From an uncultured Mycoplasmatota bacterium (GTDB lineage: Bacteria; Bacillota_I; Bacilli_A; RF39; UBA660): a stretch of DNA of 64,000 nt. Positions 10,501 to 20,559 of the stretch are shown here, piece by piece. The notes below the pieces were generated by a model. The model saw only the letters and a list, made by a program, of their open reading frames with translations, did no database searches and was not told where the DNA came from. Location: the NCBI GenBank assembly GCA_946488855.1, contig CAMLWC010000002.1, forward strand, positions 7,292 through 71,291, in the 5' to 3' direction. How positions within the stretch are numbered: the stretch's first letter is position 1; each line of letters opens with the position of its first letter. Both the position numbers and the translations under genes were made by a program.

Positions 10501-11313
10501 TCAGAATATATATATTTCACCATCAATTATTTCTCCAACTTCATAACCAGGTTTACAAATACATGTACATCCATAAATTTTATCATCAGGTGTAATACAA
10601 ACTTTTTTTACACCAGCACTACATCTGAAATTATTTGGTTTATTGACAGTATCACAACCAAAAGTTCCACTTCTTCTTACATCAAAATCATTTATATCAT
10701 ATTTATCTCTGGCTTGCTTTAATTGTGTAAAGAAACTATCATAATCTTCCCTTACTAATCCTATATTAGATAAATTTTTAGCTCTTCCTTGAATAAATAT
10801 TTTATTAAATTCAATTCCAGATGCACCTAGTTGATATGCGTTATCACATATTTGCAAAGTATCTTTTGCATTTTTATTTGTTATTGTTGTCATTAGAACA
10901 ACTCTAAGTCCTTTTTCTCTTAGCATTTTAATAACTGTATTTAACATCTCGTTGGTAATACCATTTAAGCTATCTTGTATTTCAAAATGATAAGACATAA
11001 ATACATTCCTTATTCCATTTTCTAATAATAAATCTATTATCTCTGGTTCTTGAAATATCCTAAGTCCATTTGTCATAATCCAATCTTGTCCAATTATTTT
11101 GTAAGAAGGTAAATATCCCAAGTCAACAAGTGGTTCGGCACCATCTATTCTTACTAATTTATATCTATTTTTATAATATTCTGCTAATTTTTTTAGTTCT
11201 TCTGGAGTTCTATTTCCAGTATATCCTATGTAACAATGATTGCAAGCAACATTACATTTTGAACAAGCCATTAATATAACTCTATTTCCTTCATATTTTT
11301 TCAACTCTCTCAT
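10501..11313 (-). CDS. Radical SAM enzyme with Cys-rich (SPASM/twitch-like) C-terminus
   Basis: CxxxCxxC cluster motif CNVACNHCY near the N-terminus. The C-terminal region holds several cysteines (FGCD..FRCSAGVKKVCITPDDKIYGCTCICKPG). Confidence 0.8.
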   Translation of the reverse strand: MRELKKYEGNRVILMACSKCNVACNHCYIGYTGNRTPEELKKLAEYYKNRYKLVRIDGAEPLVDLGYLPSYKIIGQDWIMTNGLRIFQEPEIIDLLLENGIRNVFMSYHFEIQDSLNGITNEMLNTVIKMLREKGLRVVLMTTITNKNAKDTLQICDNAYQLGASGIEFNKIFIQGRAKNLSNIGLVREDYDSFFTQLKQARDKYDINDFDVRRSGTFGCDTVNKPNNFRCSAGVKKVCITPDDKIYGCTCICKPGYEVGEIIDGEIYIF

Positions 11314-11315
11314 AT

Positions 11316-12200
11316 CTATTTTTCCTTTCTTAAAATCTTACTATTATCAAACCACCTGGGTTTCAACGAACTAAATTCATCTGAATAATCTAAAAATTTA
11401 TTAACAACTGTAACACCATCTTCCAATGTTTTATTACCCATTCTATTACAATAAAGTATATAATCCAAACAATATAATGAACCATATAAATTATATATTA
11501 TCCAAAAATTATCTGGGATACTATTATTAAAATATTCATTTATTAAAATTGTGTAAAATTTAGGATAATCTAAATTACAAGCATTTGTTGATAAATCTAT
11601 CCAGGCAAAATCGTTCTTACATACATCTAAATCTATAAAACAAATTCTATCATCATTAACTATTATATTTCCAGGATGAAAATCGCCATGTATAATACTT
11701 ATATCTAATTCTTTTAAATACTTAATATTATCTAAAACAAATGATTCTAAAACAGAAGATGTATAATCTATACCAAGATTTTTTAATTTATTTATTTTTT
11801 TATTAAATGACTTTATAAACTTATCATATATATCTGTTTTTGCATTTGTATCTATATTATGCATTTTTAATAGTTCTTCTGCAACTATTTTTCCATATTT
11901 AATAATTAAACTATCATCAATTAATAAATTATCTAAAGAAACTCCATCAATCCAATCTACAACAGCATAACCATGTTTATTATCAGAAAATTAACCAAAA
12001 TCATATATTTCAGGAACTGCTATTCCCTTATCATGTAAAATCCTAATATTATTAAAAGCTCTATATCTACTATCCATAAATCTTATATCATATAATCTTA
12101 GCATAAATATCTTATTATCTCTTTCAACAATATATTTTTGAACAGATGAACCACCTAATGGAAATTTTTTTATAATCTTATAACTATTAATACTATCCAT
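11316..12200 (-). pseudogene. APH-family phosphotransferase interrupted by one in-frame stop
   Basis: A single 295-codon frame from the ATG at 12200 (MDSINSYKII..). TAA at 11991-11993 falls between ..EIYDFG and FSDNKHGYAVVDW... Catalytic motif IIHGDFHPGNIIV..FIDLD lies downstream of the stop. Confidence 0.7.
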
Positions 12201-12864
12201 GTTTTTTCTCAAATAAAGTATGCTTATTAAAACTAAATATTCTATCTGACACTTTATCAATAAACTCATCTTCGTGTGATACTACAATTAAAGTCATATC
12301 TTCATCAACAAGTTCATTAATTAATTCCAGTACATTATCTTTCATTTCTTTATCTAAAGCACTTGTAGGTTCATCTAATAGGATAATATCTGGTTCCATT
12401 AATAAAGTTCTAGCAATAGCAACTCTTTGCTTTTGCCCTCCAGATAATTCATCTGGATATTTATCTTTTTTATCATCCAAATCTACTTTTTTTAAAATAT
12501 TTAAAGCTTTATGAACACTATCTTTTTTAGAATAACCCTTTATTTTAATTAAACCTATTATAAGATTATCTAATACAGTTAAGTGTTCAAATAAATTATA
12601 ATCTTGAAATACTATACCAATTTTTTGTCTTAATTCCACAAGAGATATTTCAGATATATCCATTCCTTTAAACTTTATCTTACCATCATTAATATTTTCT
12701 AAACGATTTATACACTTTAATAAAGTACTCTTTCCACTTCCACTTTTTCCTATTATAGAAATCACTTCTCCAGTTTTTATCTTTAAATTAACATTATTAA
12801 ATACCAGTTCATCTCCAAAATATTTAGATACATTTTCAAATTCTAATATGAAATCTTTTTTCAC
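12193..12864 (-). CDS. Amino-acid ABC transporter ATP-binding protein
   Basis: Walker A GKSGSGKST, ABC signature LSGGQKQR, Walker B ILLDEPTSALD. GlnQ/HisP-like size (223 aa). Confidence 0.9.
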   Translation of the reverse strand: MKKDFILEFENVSKYFGDELVFNNVNLKIKTGEVISIIGKSGSGKSTLLKCINRLENINDGKIKFKGMDISEISLVELRQKIGIVFQDYNLFEHLTVLDNLIIGLIKIKGYSKKDSVHKALNILKKVDLDDKKDKYPDELSGGQKQRVAIARTLLMEPDIILLDEPTSALDKEMKDNVLELINELVDEDMTLIVVSHEDEFIDKVSDRIFSFNKHTLFEKKHG

Positions 12865-13652
12865 GATTTCTTCACCACCCTCGGATTAATTTTCTTATAC
12901 ACTAAATCCAATAGTTTACAAAATGCATAACAAATTATAAAATATATAAGTGCTGTAAAGATTAATGGAAAGAATGCTTCATAAGTCCTATTTCTTATGA
13001 TATCAGTTGCTTTAGTTAATTCTATTACAGATATATAGCCGGCTATAGAAGTTGATTTTATTAATGAAACACTTTCATTTTTATAAACTGGTATTACATA
13101 CGAAAGCACTTGAGGAATAATTATATATCTAACTGTTTGAAGTTTAGTAAAACCTAAAGCATAAGCAGAATCAATTTGTGTTCTATTAATTGATAAAAAA
13201 GCTCCTTTAACAATCTCAGAAACATATGCAGAAAAATATATTGAGAATGCTATTATTGCAACTAAAATAGGTTCTATACTTATATCTCCAAAAATCCCAA
13301 AATAGAATGTTAATAATAATACTGTTACTGGAACCCCCTGTAAAAATCGTACTATTATATATGACAATATATTTAAAACCTTTATCTTTGATTTCTGTAA
13401 TAAGAACAAAATAAATCCTAATAGTGTGCCAAATACAATTGATAAGAATGAAATTAATAGAGTTGATTTTAATCCTTTAAAAAATAAAATATATCTTTTT
13501 TCAACAATTACTGTTCGATTAAAACTATCACTAATATCTTTAAAAAAATCGATAATTACATCTATACTAATAACTGTAACTATTAGTATAAGAAGTAATA
13601 TAATGAAGTACTTTATAAATTTAGTTTTGTTTTTCATTTTTTCCTCTAACAA
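12861..13652 (-). CDS. Amino-acid ABC transporter permease
   Basis: Multi-pass hydrophobic ORF with an EAA-loop-like IDSAYALGFTKLQTVRYIIIPQ, typical of the His/Glu/Gln/Arg permease family. Confidence 0.8.
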   Translation of the reverse strand: MLEEKMKNKTKFIKYFIILLLILIVTVISIDVIIDFFKDISDSFNRTVIVEKRYILFFKGLKSTLLISFLSIVFGTLLGFILFLLQKSKIKVLNILSYIIVRFLQGVPVTVLLLTFYFGIFGDISIEPILVAIIAFSIYFSAYVSEIVKGAFLSINRTQIDSAYALGFTKLQTVRYIIIPQVLSYVIPVYKNESVSLIKSTSIAGYISVIELTKATDIIRNRTYEAFFPLIFTALIYFIICYAFCKLLDLVYKKINPRVVKKS

Positions 13653-14418
13653 CTACTACAATTCCACCAGTATAATCCGGTTCTGAAAATAAAACAGATT
13701 TTTTTCTTTCTTCAGTAACTATAATCGAACATCCAGCTATATCTACCTTCCCTGATTTTAATGCTGGTATTATTCCATCAAATGACATTTCTATAACTTC
13801 CAATTTATAACCTAATTCTTTACAAATATAACTAATTACATCAATATCATATCCTACTATTTTATTGTTTTTCATATAAGCAAATGGTGCTGAACCAGAT
13901 ACTGTAGCGAATTTAACCACGCCTTTTGAATCATCATAATGGTAAACTTCTAATTCTTTCTTGCTTTCATCATTACCCATCCATTTATCCTCAAATATTT
14001 TTAATTTACCATTTTTATTCATCTTAACTAATTCTTTATTAATCTCATCCTGTAAATTACTTTTCGATGGATTAATAGCAAATGCATAACTATCCTCTGT
14101 TAATTTCTCTTTTAATATTCTTAAATCTTTATTTTCTTTTATTATTTCTTTAGCTAAAGGCTCATCTGTTAAGAAACCATCTATCTTACCAGATTTTAAA
14201 GCAGATATTTGATCACTATAACTGTTATAATATAAGATTTTAGGATTTTCTATATTATCTTGTGCTATAGTGTCATATTCAGAACCTGTATAAACGCCAA
14301 TATTTTTATTATTTAAATCATCTTTAGTTTCGATAATATTTAGTTTTTTTGAACAACCAGTTGTTATTAATATGACAGATATAATTATTAATAAATATTT
14401 ACTAAATTTTTTTAACAT
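13621..14418 (-). CDS. Amino-acid ABC transporter substrate-binding lipoprotein (family 3 SBP)
   Basis: Lipobox ITTGC after the signal peptide. Two-lobed SBP pattern (KIDGFLTDEP.., VDIAGCSIIVTEERK). Adjacent to the permease and ATPase. Confidence 0.75.
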   Translation of the reverse strand: MLKKFSKYLLIIISVILITTGCSKKLNIIETKDDLNNKNIGVYTGSEYDTIAQDNIENPKILYYNSYSDQISALKSGKIDGFLTDEPLAKEIIKENKDLRILKEKLTEDSYAFAINPSKSNLQDEINKELVKMNKNGKLKIFEDKWMGNDESKKELEVYHYDDSKGVVKFATVSGSAPFAYMKNNKIVGYDIDVISYICKELGYKLEVIEMSFDGIIPALKSGKVDIAGCSIIVTEERKKSVLFSEPDYTGGIVVVVRGKNEKQN

Positions 14419-15661
14419 ATTTTCTTTCTCCTATATCATCTGATGATACTATTTCAAAAGCATCATAAACTGCTTGCATCTTTCTTAATGTATCAAATTC
14501 ATCTACACCAGAAATTTGAACCCAACCAGATGCATCATTTCCAACCCGTCTTTTTTCACAATATTCTCCAGGTTTAACAAACATCTCTCCATCAATTACA
14601 CCATCCATTTTAAGAAGTTCTTCTAATGATGTAACTTTTTCTATTAAACCTGACTTATTAGGTAAATATAAATCACCTACACTAATAATGTCATCTCTAT
14701 ATTTTAAATTAACCTTTTTATGAATTGATATATCTATTAATGCATTAATCATATCAAATCCATATGATAAACTATGATTCTTAGTTGCTTGACAACCAGG
14801 TAATCTCCAACCTAATTCACTTGGCATTACGTTACCATCTCTATCAATAAAGACCTCTATTGTCATTGCTCCATTTTTCAAATTCATACCATCAACTATT
14901 TTTTGAATTAATTCTTTAGGAACAAATTTGAAATACTCAGGAACTTTTGGAACCGTCATATGACAATTTAATTTATTATCCATAGCCGCCCACAAAGTTC
15001 TATTTGGAATATATGTAACATATGAATCTAAAACAACACCATCTTGAACTAAACTTTCTATTGACCATTCTTGATCAGAGCAATATGATTCAACCATATA
15101 TTTTTCAGTTGTTAAATCAATATTTATCTGTTCTAATTCATCTAATGACTCTATTTTATAAACATTTTTACTATTCATTAAATCTCTTGGTTTAAATATA
15201 ATTGGCTCACCAACATGTTTTCTCATAAATTGTAAAATATCCTTTTTAGAAGTAACAACTTGATAATCAACTGTTTTCAAACCAATTTGATTAAATTTAT
15301 CTTTCATAGCAACTTTATCTCTTACCCAACTAACTTGATCTTCACTTAATGCATCAAGTCCAATACTTCTAGCAACCTTATTAGCAAATTCCATATAAAA
15401 TTCTGAATTATTTAAGAAATAATCAATTTTATATCCTTTATGCTGTAACCAATTATCACGGAATATATGAATATCAAAATCGGTATATGAATAAGGAAAT
15501 GCATAAAAATCTCTATATTTATCCATATACTCCTTACTGAAATATCTAAAACTCTTAACATTTCTAAAAAAAAGCGTGTTAATATCATCCCTTTTACGTA
15601 ATGCATATGAAAGATCAGAATCGTACTCTTCAAAACATAACAGCATTTTTTTATCCGCCAT
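14402..15661 (-). CDS. ATP-grasp-fold ligase (putative)
   Basis: 419 aa with ATP-grasp-like segments (PIIFKPRDLMNSKNVYKIES.., TIEVFIDRDGNVMPSELGWRLPG). Assigned by pattern only. Confidence 0.55.
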   Translation of the reverse strand: MADKKMLLCFEEYDSDLSYALRKRDDINTLFFRNVKSFRYFSKEYMDKYRDFYAFPYSYTDFDIHIFRDNWLQHKGYKIDYFLNNSEFYMEFANKVARSIGLDALSEDQVSWVRDKVAMKDKFNQIGLKTVDYQVVTSKKDILQFMRKHVGEPIIFKPRDLMNSKNVYKIESLDELEQINIDLTTEKYMVESYCSDQEWSIESLVQDGVVLDSYVTYIPNRTLWAAMDNKLNCHMTVPKVPEYFKFVPKELIQKIVDGMNLKNGAMTIEVFIDRDGNVMPSELGWRLPGCQATKNHSLSYGFDMINALIDISIHKKVNLKYRDDIISVGDLYLPNKSGLIEKVTSLEELLKMDGVIDGEMFVKPGEYCEKRRVGNDASGWVQISGVDEFDTLRKMQAVYDAFEIVSSDDIGERKYVKKI

Positions 15662-15663
15662 AT

Positions 15664-16575
15664 TTATCTAATTCTCCTTTCAATTGTTTTGGCAAATGTT
15701 CTTATAGCATTAGCCTTAATATCTTCATCATCAATATACTTTATTAAAAGATCTGGCTCTGATAATTCAACTTCCATTATCATAGGTTTATTATCAACCA
15801 ACACCATATCTACTCTCATGTATAAATAATTATTAAACTCTGGTATTTTCTCTACCTTTTTAGCTAGTTGAATTATACTTTCTGGAACTTTTTTAACTAA
15901 ATAAGTTTTTTTCTTTTCATGAAATACATTTGGAAATCTAAGCATAGTATGAGTTAATACACCACCTATAAAGATACATGAATATTCACCATCATTTATA
16001 TTAGATATAAATGGTTGAACCATTAACATACAATCTTTATTTTTTTCTAATATAGCTTTATATGTTTTTAAAATATCTGATTTTTTTAACGTATTTGGTG
16101 TATTATTACTATTAAATTCATCTACAAGATAAGTATTTTCACCACTTCCTGATATTGTTGGTTTTATTACATAAGGTTTATTATCAAATAAATCTATTTT
16201 TTTTAAGTTAGATAGATTTAAAAACATTGTATTTATAAAGTTTATATTATTCTTTTTCAATATTTCAAATTGAATATTTTTCATAATATTCTTTAAAATC
16301 ATATCAGGATTATTTAATAAAAGAATATTGTTATTTTTTATATATAATAACCAATTTTTAAATTTTTCAAAATCGTTTTGATATCCCCATACTGATCTTA
16401 ATATGAGTGCATCATAATTGCCATCAACTGGTTGTTGCCAAGAAATAATTTTAGTTTCTATACCCAAATCACTTAATGCATTTTTTAAAAACATATCTTC
16501 ATCTATTTTATTAATCCATTTATCACAAGATACTATTGCTACTTTTTTCATACTTATCTCAACTTTCTTAAACAT
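15664..16575 (-). CDS. ATP-grasp-fold ligase (RimK-like, putative)
   Basis: YVIKPTISGSGENTYLV, MLMVQPFISNINDGEYSCIFIGG and YMRVDMVLVDNKPMIMEVELSEP match the usual ATP-grasp strand pattern. Confidence 0.55.
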   Translation of the reverse strand: MFKKVEISMKKVAIVSCDKWINKIDEDMFLKNALSDLGIETKIISWQQPVDGNYDALILRSVWGYQNDFEKFKNWLLYIKNNNILLLNNPDMILKNIMKNIQFEILKKNNINFINTMFLNLSNLKKIDLFDNKPYVIKPTISGSGENTYLVDEFNSNNTPNTLKKSDILKTYKAILEKNKDCMLMVQPFISNINDGEYSCIFIGGVLTHTMLRFPNVFHEKKKTYLVKKVPESIIQLAKKVEKIPEFNNYLYMRVDMVLVDNKPMIMEVELSEPDLLIKYIDDEDIKANAIRTFAKTIERRIR

Positions 16576-18074
16576 TTATTCATCGCACTAAAGTGTTCTA
16601 CTAAATCTTCCCTTGGTAATGCTGTAGTAACTCTTCCTATAAGTTGTTCCTCATTTGGCCATGATATTGATTGTCCTAAAATAAGTTTAATTTTTTCTTG
16701 TTCATACATATATTTAAGCAATTCTTTCTCATCACTAATTATTCTTCCATTTTCTGCAACTTTATTTTTTAATTGGGTAAAATCTAACATTTCAAAAAAG
16801 CCTGAATCTGGTAATGTTCCATTTACAAAGTCAACATTTTGTATTCCATCTAAAATTTGACTTATGTTATAACCAAAACCATAATTTCTTATATCACTCT
16901 CAATTTGTACTTTTACGTTACTATCTTCAATAAAATCTATACCATTAATTAATGCTTTCAATAATTCTAAACGATATTTATATTCAGCAATAATTGGATT
17001 AAAATAGTTATCATATTCTTTTTTTCGTCTTTCAGATACATTAAATGCACCAGCTAATGCTCTACCTTGTAATACTGGTGAAGAATCCATTGTCTGAAAA
17101 ATCCTATTTCGTATTGCCCTAATTATTATTTCATTTGCAACTATCATACCAGATCTAATTGACGCTAAACCATAAGATTTTGATAAACCAGTTATTGTTA
17201 TTGTATTGTCAAAAAATTTTTCATAAGATGCCATTGGCTTTGCTAAATTGTCTCTATCATAAGTTAAATCTCTATATATTAAGTCATCTATAACAAATAC
17301 ACCTTTTGATAAACACACATTTCCAATACCCTCAAGTATTTCTTTATTATTTTCATTCATCACTTTTCCTAAAGGATTATGTGGGTTTTCATTTAAAAAT
17401 GCAACAACTTTTGGTGTATACCCTAAAGATTCACCGTATTTATCTTTTAAATTTAAATTAATTTCATCTATTCTTTTAGATAGTTTTTGTGGATTAACAT
17501 ACCAATTATCTTCTTCAGATAACGGTAATATCTCAACAGTTGCTCCAGAAATACGTTCAGGAACAAAAGTAAATAAGCCATAATTAGGGCCAGTCATCAA
17601 TATTACATCATGAGGCCTAGCAATAATGCTTGAAATAATATTAAATGCATGTGTAGAGGAAACCGTAAAGATAATATTATCTTTTGATAATTCACTATTA
17701 CTCTTAAATCCTTCTTGTTTTAAATACTCTAAAATTGTTATTCTTGATTCTTCGTCACCGGCTGCCATAGGATAATCTGATAGTTCATCGCTATCAATTA
17801 TCTTAATTAGTTCTTCTTTACATAAAGGAAATGCAGGTGTTCTCATTGGACTACCACCACCAAGTGATCTAGAAGATATGTTTTTTATTCTTTCATTTTC
17901 AAGTGCATATAAATCATTTCCATATAATCCAAAAGCATCATAAATTTTACTAACTTCTTTAGAAAAGTGACCATCAACTAAGTTTTCTCCTAAATTGGGT
18001 AACCCTCTAACAGGATGTTCTAAAATTGGATTTTTTTCTATAACTCGTTTTAATGAATCAGGTATACTTTGCAT
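16554..18074 (-). CDS. PLP-dependent aminotransferase, class I/II fold
   Basis: 506 aa. PLP-lysine context ITGLSKSYGLASIRSG, NENPHNPLG (the NPxNPTG-like motif) and VIDDLIYRDL. Confidence 0.8.
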   Translation of the reverse strand: MQSIPDSLKRVIEKNPILEHPVRGLPNLGENLVDGHFSKEVSKIYDAFGLYGNDLYALENERIKNISSRSLGGGSPMRTPAFPLCKEELIKIIDSDELSDYPMAAGDEESRITILEYLKQEGFKSNSELSKDNIIFTVSSTHAFNIISSIIARPHDVILMTGPNYGLFTFVPERISGATVEILPLSEEDNWYVNPQKLSKRIDEINLNLKDKYGESLGYTPKVVAFLNENPHNPLGKVMNENNKEILEGIGNVCLSKGVFVIDDLIYRDLTYDRDNLAKPMASYEKFFDNTITITGLSKSYGLASIRSGMIVANEIIIRAIRNRIFQTMDSSPVLQGRALAGAFNVSERRKKEYDNYFNPIIAEYKYRLELLKALINGIDFIEDSNVKVQIESDIRNYGFGYNISQILDGIQNVDFVNGTLPDSGFFEMLDFTQLKNKVAENGRIISDEKELLKYMYEQEKIKLILGQSISWPNEEQLIGRVTTALPREDLVEHFSAMNKCLRKLR

Positions 18075-18159
18075 ATAATCACCTCAAACTACAAATATTA
18101 TATAATAATAAAGTTCATTTTAATCATTCAAAAATTCGATAAACTATATATAAAAAACT

Positions 18160-18191
18160 AATAATAAAAGACTAATTAAATCAATTAGTCT
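18160..18191 (-). terminator. Putative rho-independent terminator after the LysR-Nudix unit
   Basis: 9-bp perfect stem agactaatt/aattagtct (18169-18191) overlapping the stop codon, followed on the minus strand by a T-rich tract. Confidence 0.5.
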
Positions 18192-18696
18192 CTTTCATTA
18201 AAGGTATTACATACTCTTCTATTCTTGGAATTAAAACCCATGCTATTTCACCATTTTCAATCATATTATACAACTCTTTCAAATCAATCCATTTTGCTTG
18301 AACAGCGGTATTGTCTACAAAACATATATCATTTAAATCAATATCTTTATTAACAATATAAGTTTCATAAATATAATGATAAGGATCACGTAATTTTGTA
18401 TCTATTTTTTTAATATCAAAATTTGAAATTTTTATTCCAATTTTAGCAGCAATTGCCCTAATACATGTATCAGTTGGACTTTCACCACTTAAAACATTGC
18501 CATTAATACTATTCCAAAAACCAGGATAATGTATATTATAATTTAAAGTATTTCGTATTAATAGTAATTGATTTTTTGAATTTAAAATCCATGTATTTAT
18601 AGAGTAATGATACTTACCATCTGGTATTTCATCAGTATCATTTATAACGATTCCAGTATTATTAAATTTATCATCATATAAATCCCATCTACTCAT
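18181..18696 (-). CDS. Nudix-like protein with degenerate Nudix box
   Basis: GNVLSGESPTDTCIRAIAAKIGI keeps the G..GE spacing but lacks the REUxEE acidic residues. ATGA-type overlap with the LysR gene. Confidence 0.45.
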   Translation of the reverse strand: MSRWDLYDDKFNNTGIVINDTDEIPDGKYHYSINTWILNSKNQLLLIRNTLNYNIHYPGFWNSINGNVLSGESPTDTCIRAIAAKIGIKISNFDIKKIDTKLRDPYHYIYETYIVNKDIDLNDICFVDNTAVQAKWIDLKELYNMIENGEIAWVLIPRIEEYVIPLMKETN

Positions 18697-19592
18697 TATA
18701 ATTCCTCCTTATATTGTTTTTTTAATATGTTTATAAATCTAGAGATATTTTTAGAATTTTTTGATTTTTTGTGAACAATATATATATTATCATTAAATAA
18801 TTCTTCTGTTACTTTTATTTCTTTTATTTCACCACTTGCAATTTCTTCTTTAAAAAACTCTTTATTTCCAAAACATAATCCTAAATTGTTTTTTACTAAT
18901 TCTTTAGATAATATACTATCATTAATTGAAATAACATTTTCAAATAATATTCCATTTTCAAAACACATTTTTTGGAATTTACCATTTTTCTTATTTGGAC
19001 ACATTGATATTAGTTTTGTATTTCCAAGTTCTTTAATAGATACAACAAATTCATAATTTTTGGATAACTCTTTACCTGAAACAAAAACATTACTTAATGT
19101 ACATAATAACTCTTTATTATCAGCATTTATTAAATTTGTATAATCTTCGTAGTCAATAACAATATCATATTCATCCTCATATTTTTTTACATCTAATTTT
19201 GAATAAAGTTTCATATTAATATGAATATTTGGATACATATTCATAAATTCAACTATAGCATCTTTAAATATAAAATCAGATAGGTAATGTCTAATTCCAA
19301 TAGTTATTTCCATAGTATTTGGATTATCAAATTGTTCTAAATTTTGATTTAAAATACTAAAAGCTGATTTTAGATTTTCATATAAGTTATATCCATCTTC
19401 AGTTAATTCAAAATTTTTATTATCTCTAATAATTAATACTTTATCTAATTGCAGTTCTAATTGTTTAATATTGTAACTTAAGGATGATTGAGCAATATTT
19501 AAATTTTTTGATGCATTTGTAAAGCCATTATAATAAACTACATAATAAAAATATTTAAACAAATTTAAATTAAAATTATTCATAAATATCAC
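18696..19592 (-). CDS. LysR-family transcriptional regulator
   Basis: N-terminal wHTH FTNASKNLNIAQSSLSYNIKQLE followed by a roughly 200-aa substrate-binding-type domain. 298 aa. Confidence 0.8.
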   Translation of the reverse strand: MIFMNNFNLNLFKYFYYVVYYNGFTNASKNLNIAQSSLSYNIKQLELQLDKVLIIRDNKNFELTEDGYNLYENLKSAFSILNQNLEQFDNPNTMEITIGIRHYLSDFIFKDAIVEFMNMYPNIHINMKLYSKLDVKKYEDEYDIVIDYEDYTNLINADNKELLCTLSNVFVSGKELSKNYEFVVSIKELGNTKLISMCPNKKNGKFQKMCFENGILFENVISINDSILSKELVKNNLGLCFGNKEFFKEEIASGEIKEIKVTEELFNDNIYIVHKKSKNSKNISRFINILKKQYKEEL

Positions 19593-19643
19593 CTATTAAC
19601 ATATATTATAACATACATCATTCATTTATATAAATACGTTAAC

Positions 19644-20423
19644 TTATTTTTTTTCTAAATAATATAAATCAATAGATTTATATTTTGATATTTCATAACT
19701 CATTATAATATATGGCATTATAATATCTATATCTTCTTCTTTTAACACTTTAAAATATCTACATAAAGGCTCATAATTAGTTCTACTTACTATATTAAGA
19801 ATATTATTGTTATCTTCAACATCTAATAATCTAACATAAATACCATATTTCCTTTTAGATAAAATAGTAAAGTTTCTTTTATTTCTAAATACTAATCCTT
19901 TATTTGTAGTATGGAAAGTAACATTAGAATTAATAGAATTAATTTTAAATGATAAAGTATTAAATAAGTTATCTATTGAATCAATATTAGATTCTGATAT
20001 ATATGAATAATAATTTCTAATTAACTCAATTACATAATTTAAATTTTCTAATTTATCTACTTTAAAATAATAACAAAAACTAGATTTTTCATAGCCTTTT
20101 CTTATTAAGAGTTTATCATCATAATCAAATTGCTTTATATTCTTATGTAATGAGATTAAAATATCTGATTGATCTACTTGTATTTCGATTATCTTTTTAC
20201 CAAATCTATAAACAACATTTTTTATTAAATAGTTTCTTTTAATATTGTCACTAATACTTAAAATTTGCTTATCAAACTCATCAAACAATTCAATGGCAAT
20301 ATCTTTTTTATTATAAATTATATCTTCATAACAACTTGTATCTACATTTAGTAATTTAGTTTTTCTTTCTGATTCTTCTTTATCAATACTAGAAATAACA
20401 TTAACATCAAACATATCAATCAC
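19644..20423 (-). CDS. Hypothetical protein, paralogue of 4011-4853 (first gene of inner element)
   Basis: See 4011-4853. It begins about 110 nt after the 27-nt att-like core at 20533-20559. Confidence 0.4.
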   Translation of the reverse strand: MIDMFDVNVISSIDKEESERKTKLLNVDTSCYEDIIYNKKDIAIELFDEFDKQILSISDNIKRNYLIKNVVYRFGKKIIEIQVDQSDILISLHKNIKQFDYDDKLLIRKGYEKSSFCYYFKVDKLENLNYVIELIRNYYSYISESNIDSIDNLFNTLSFKINSINSNVTFHTTNKGLVFRNKRNFTILSKRKYGIYVRLLDVEDNNNILNIVSRTNYEPLCRYFKVLKEEDIDIIMPYIIMSYEISKYKSIDLYYLEKK

Positions 20424-20532
20424 TTCATTATTTGAATATTGTACTCCATTGTATATTAAATTATATGTAGAACAAACCTCTAGTTTGGTAGATTAATTTA
20501 TATTATTTGTAAGTTTTTCAACAAACACAAAT

Positions 20533-20559
20533 ATGTTCCTGTGTAACCACCAAGATTGC
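20533..20559 (-). repeat. 27-nt att-like core, copy 2 (junction PBP gene / inner element)
   Basis: Identical to 4924-4950. Its upstream side reads in frame as the end of the PBP remnant (..VVENSC-N). Confidence 0.7.

Noticed and set aside
11991-12269. 92-aa ORF listed in the track as a separate gene overlapping the ABC ATPase.
   Set aside because: Its first 23 codons overlap the ATPase gene in another frame and are probably spurious. From the ATG at 12200 it is the N-terminal part of the APH-type kinase that continues in frame after the TAA at 11991. It was merged into one pseudogene.
15412-15633. 73-aa minus-strand ORF in an alternative frame inside the ATP-grasp gene 14402-15661.
   Set aside because: It is same-strand and out of frame, entirely inside a longer ORF. 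It has no RBS and a hydrophobic low-complexity translation.
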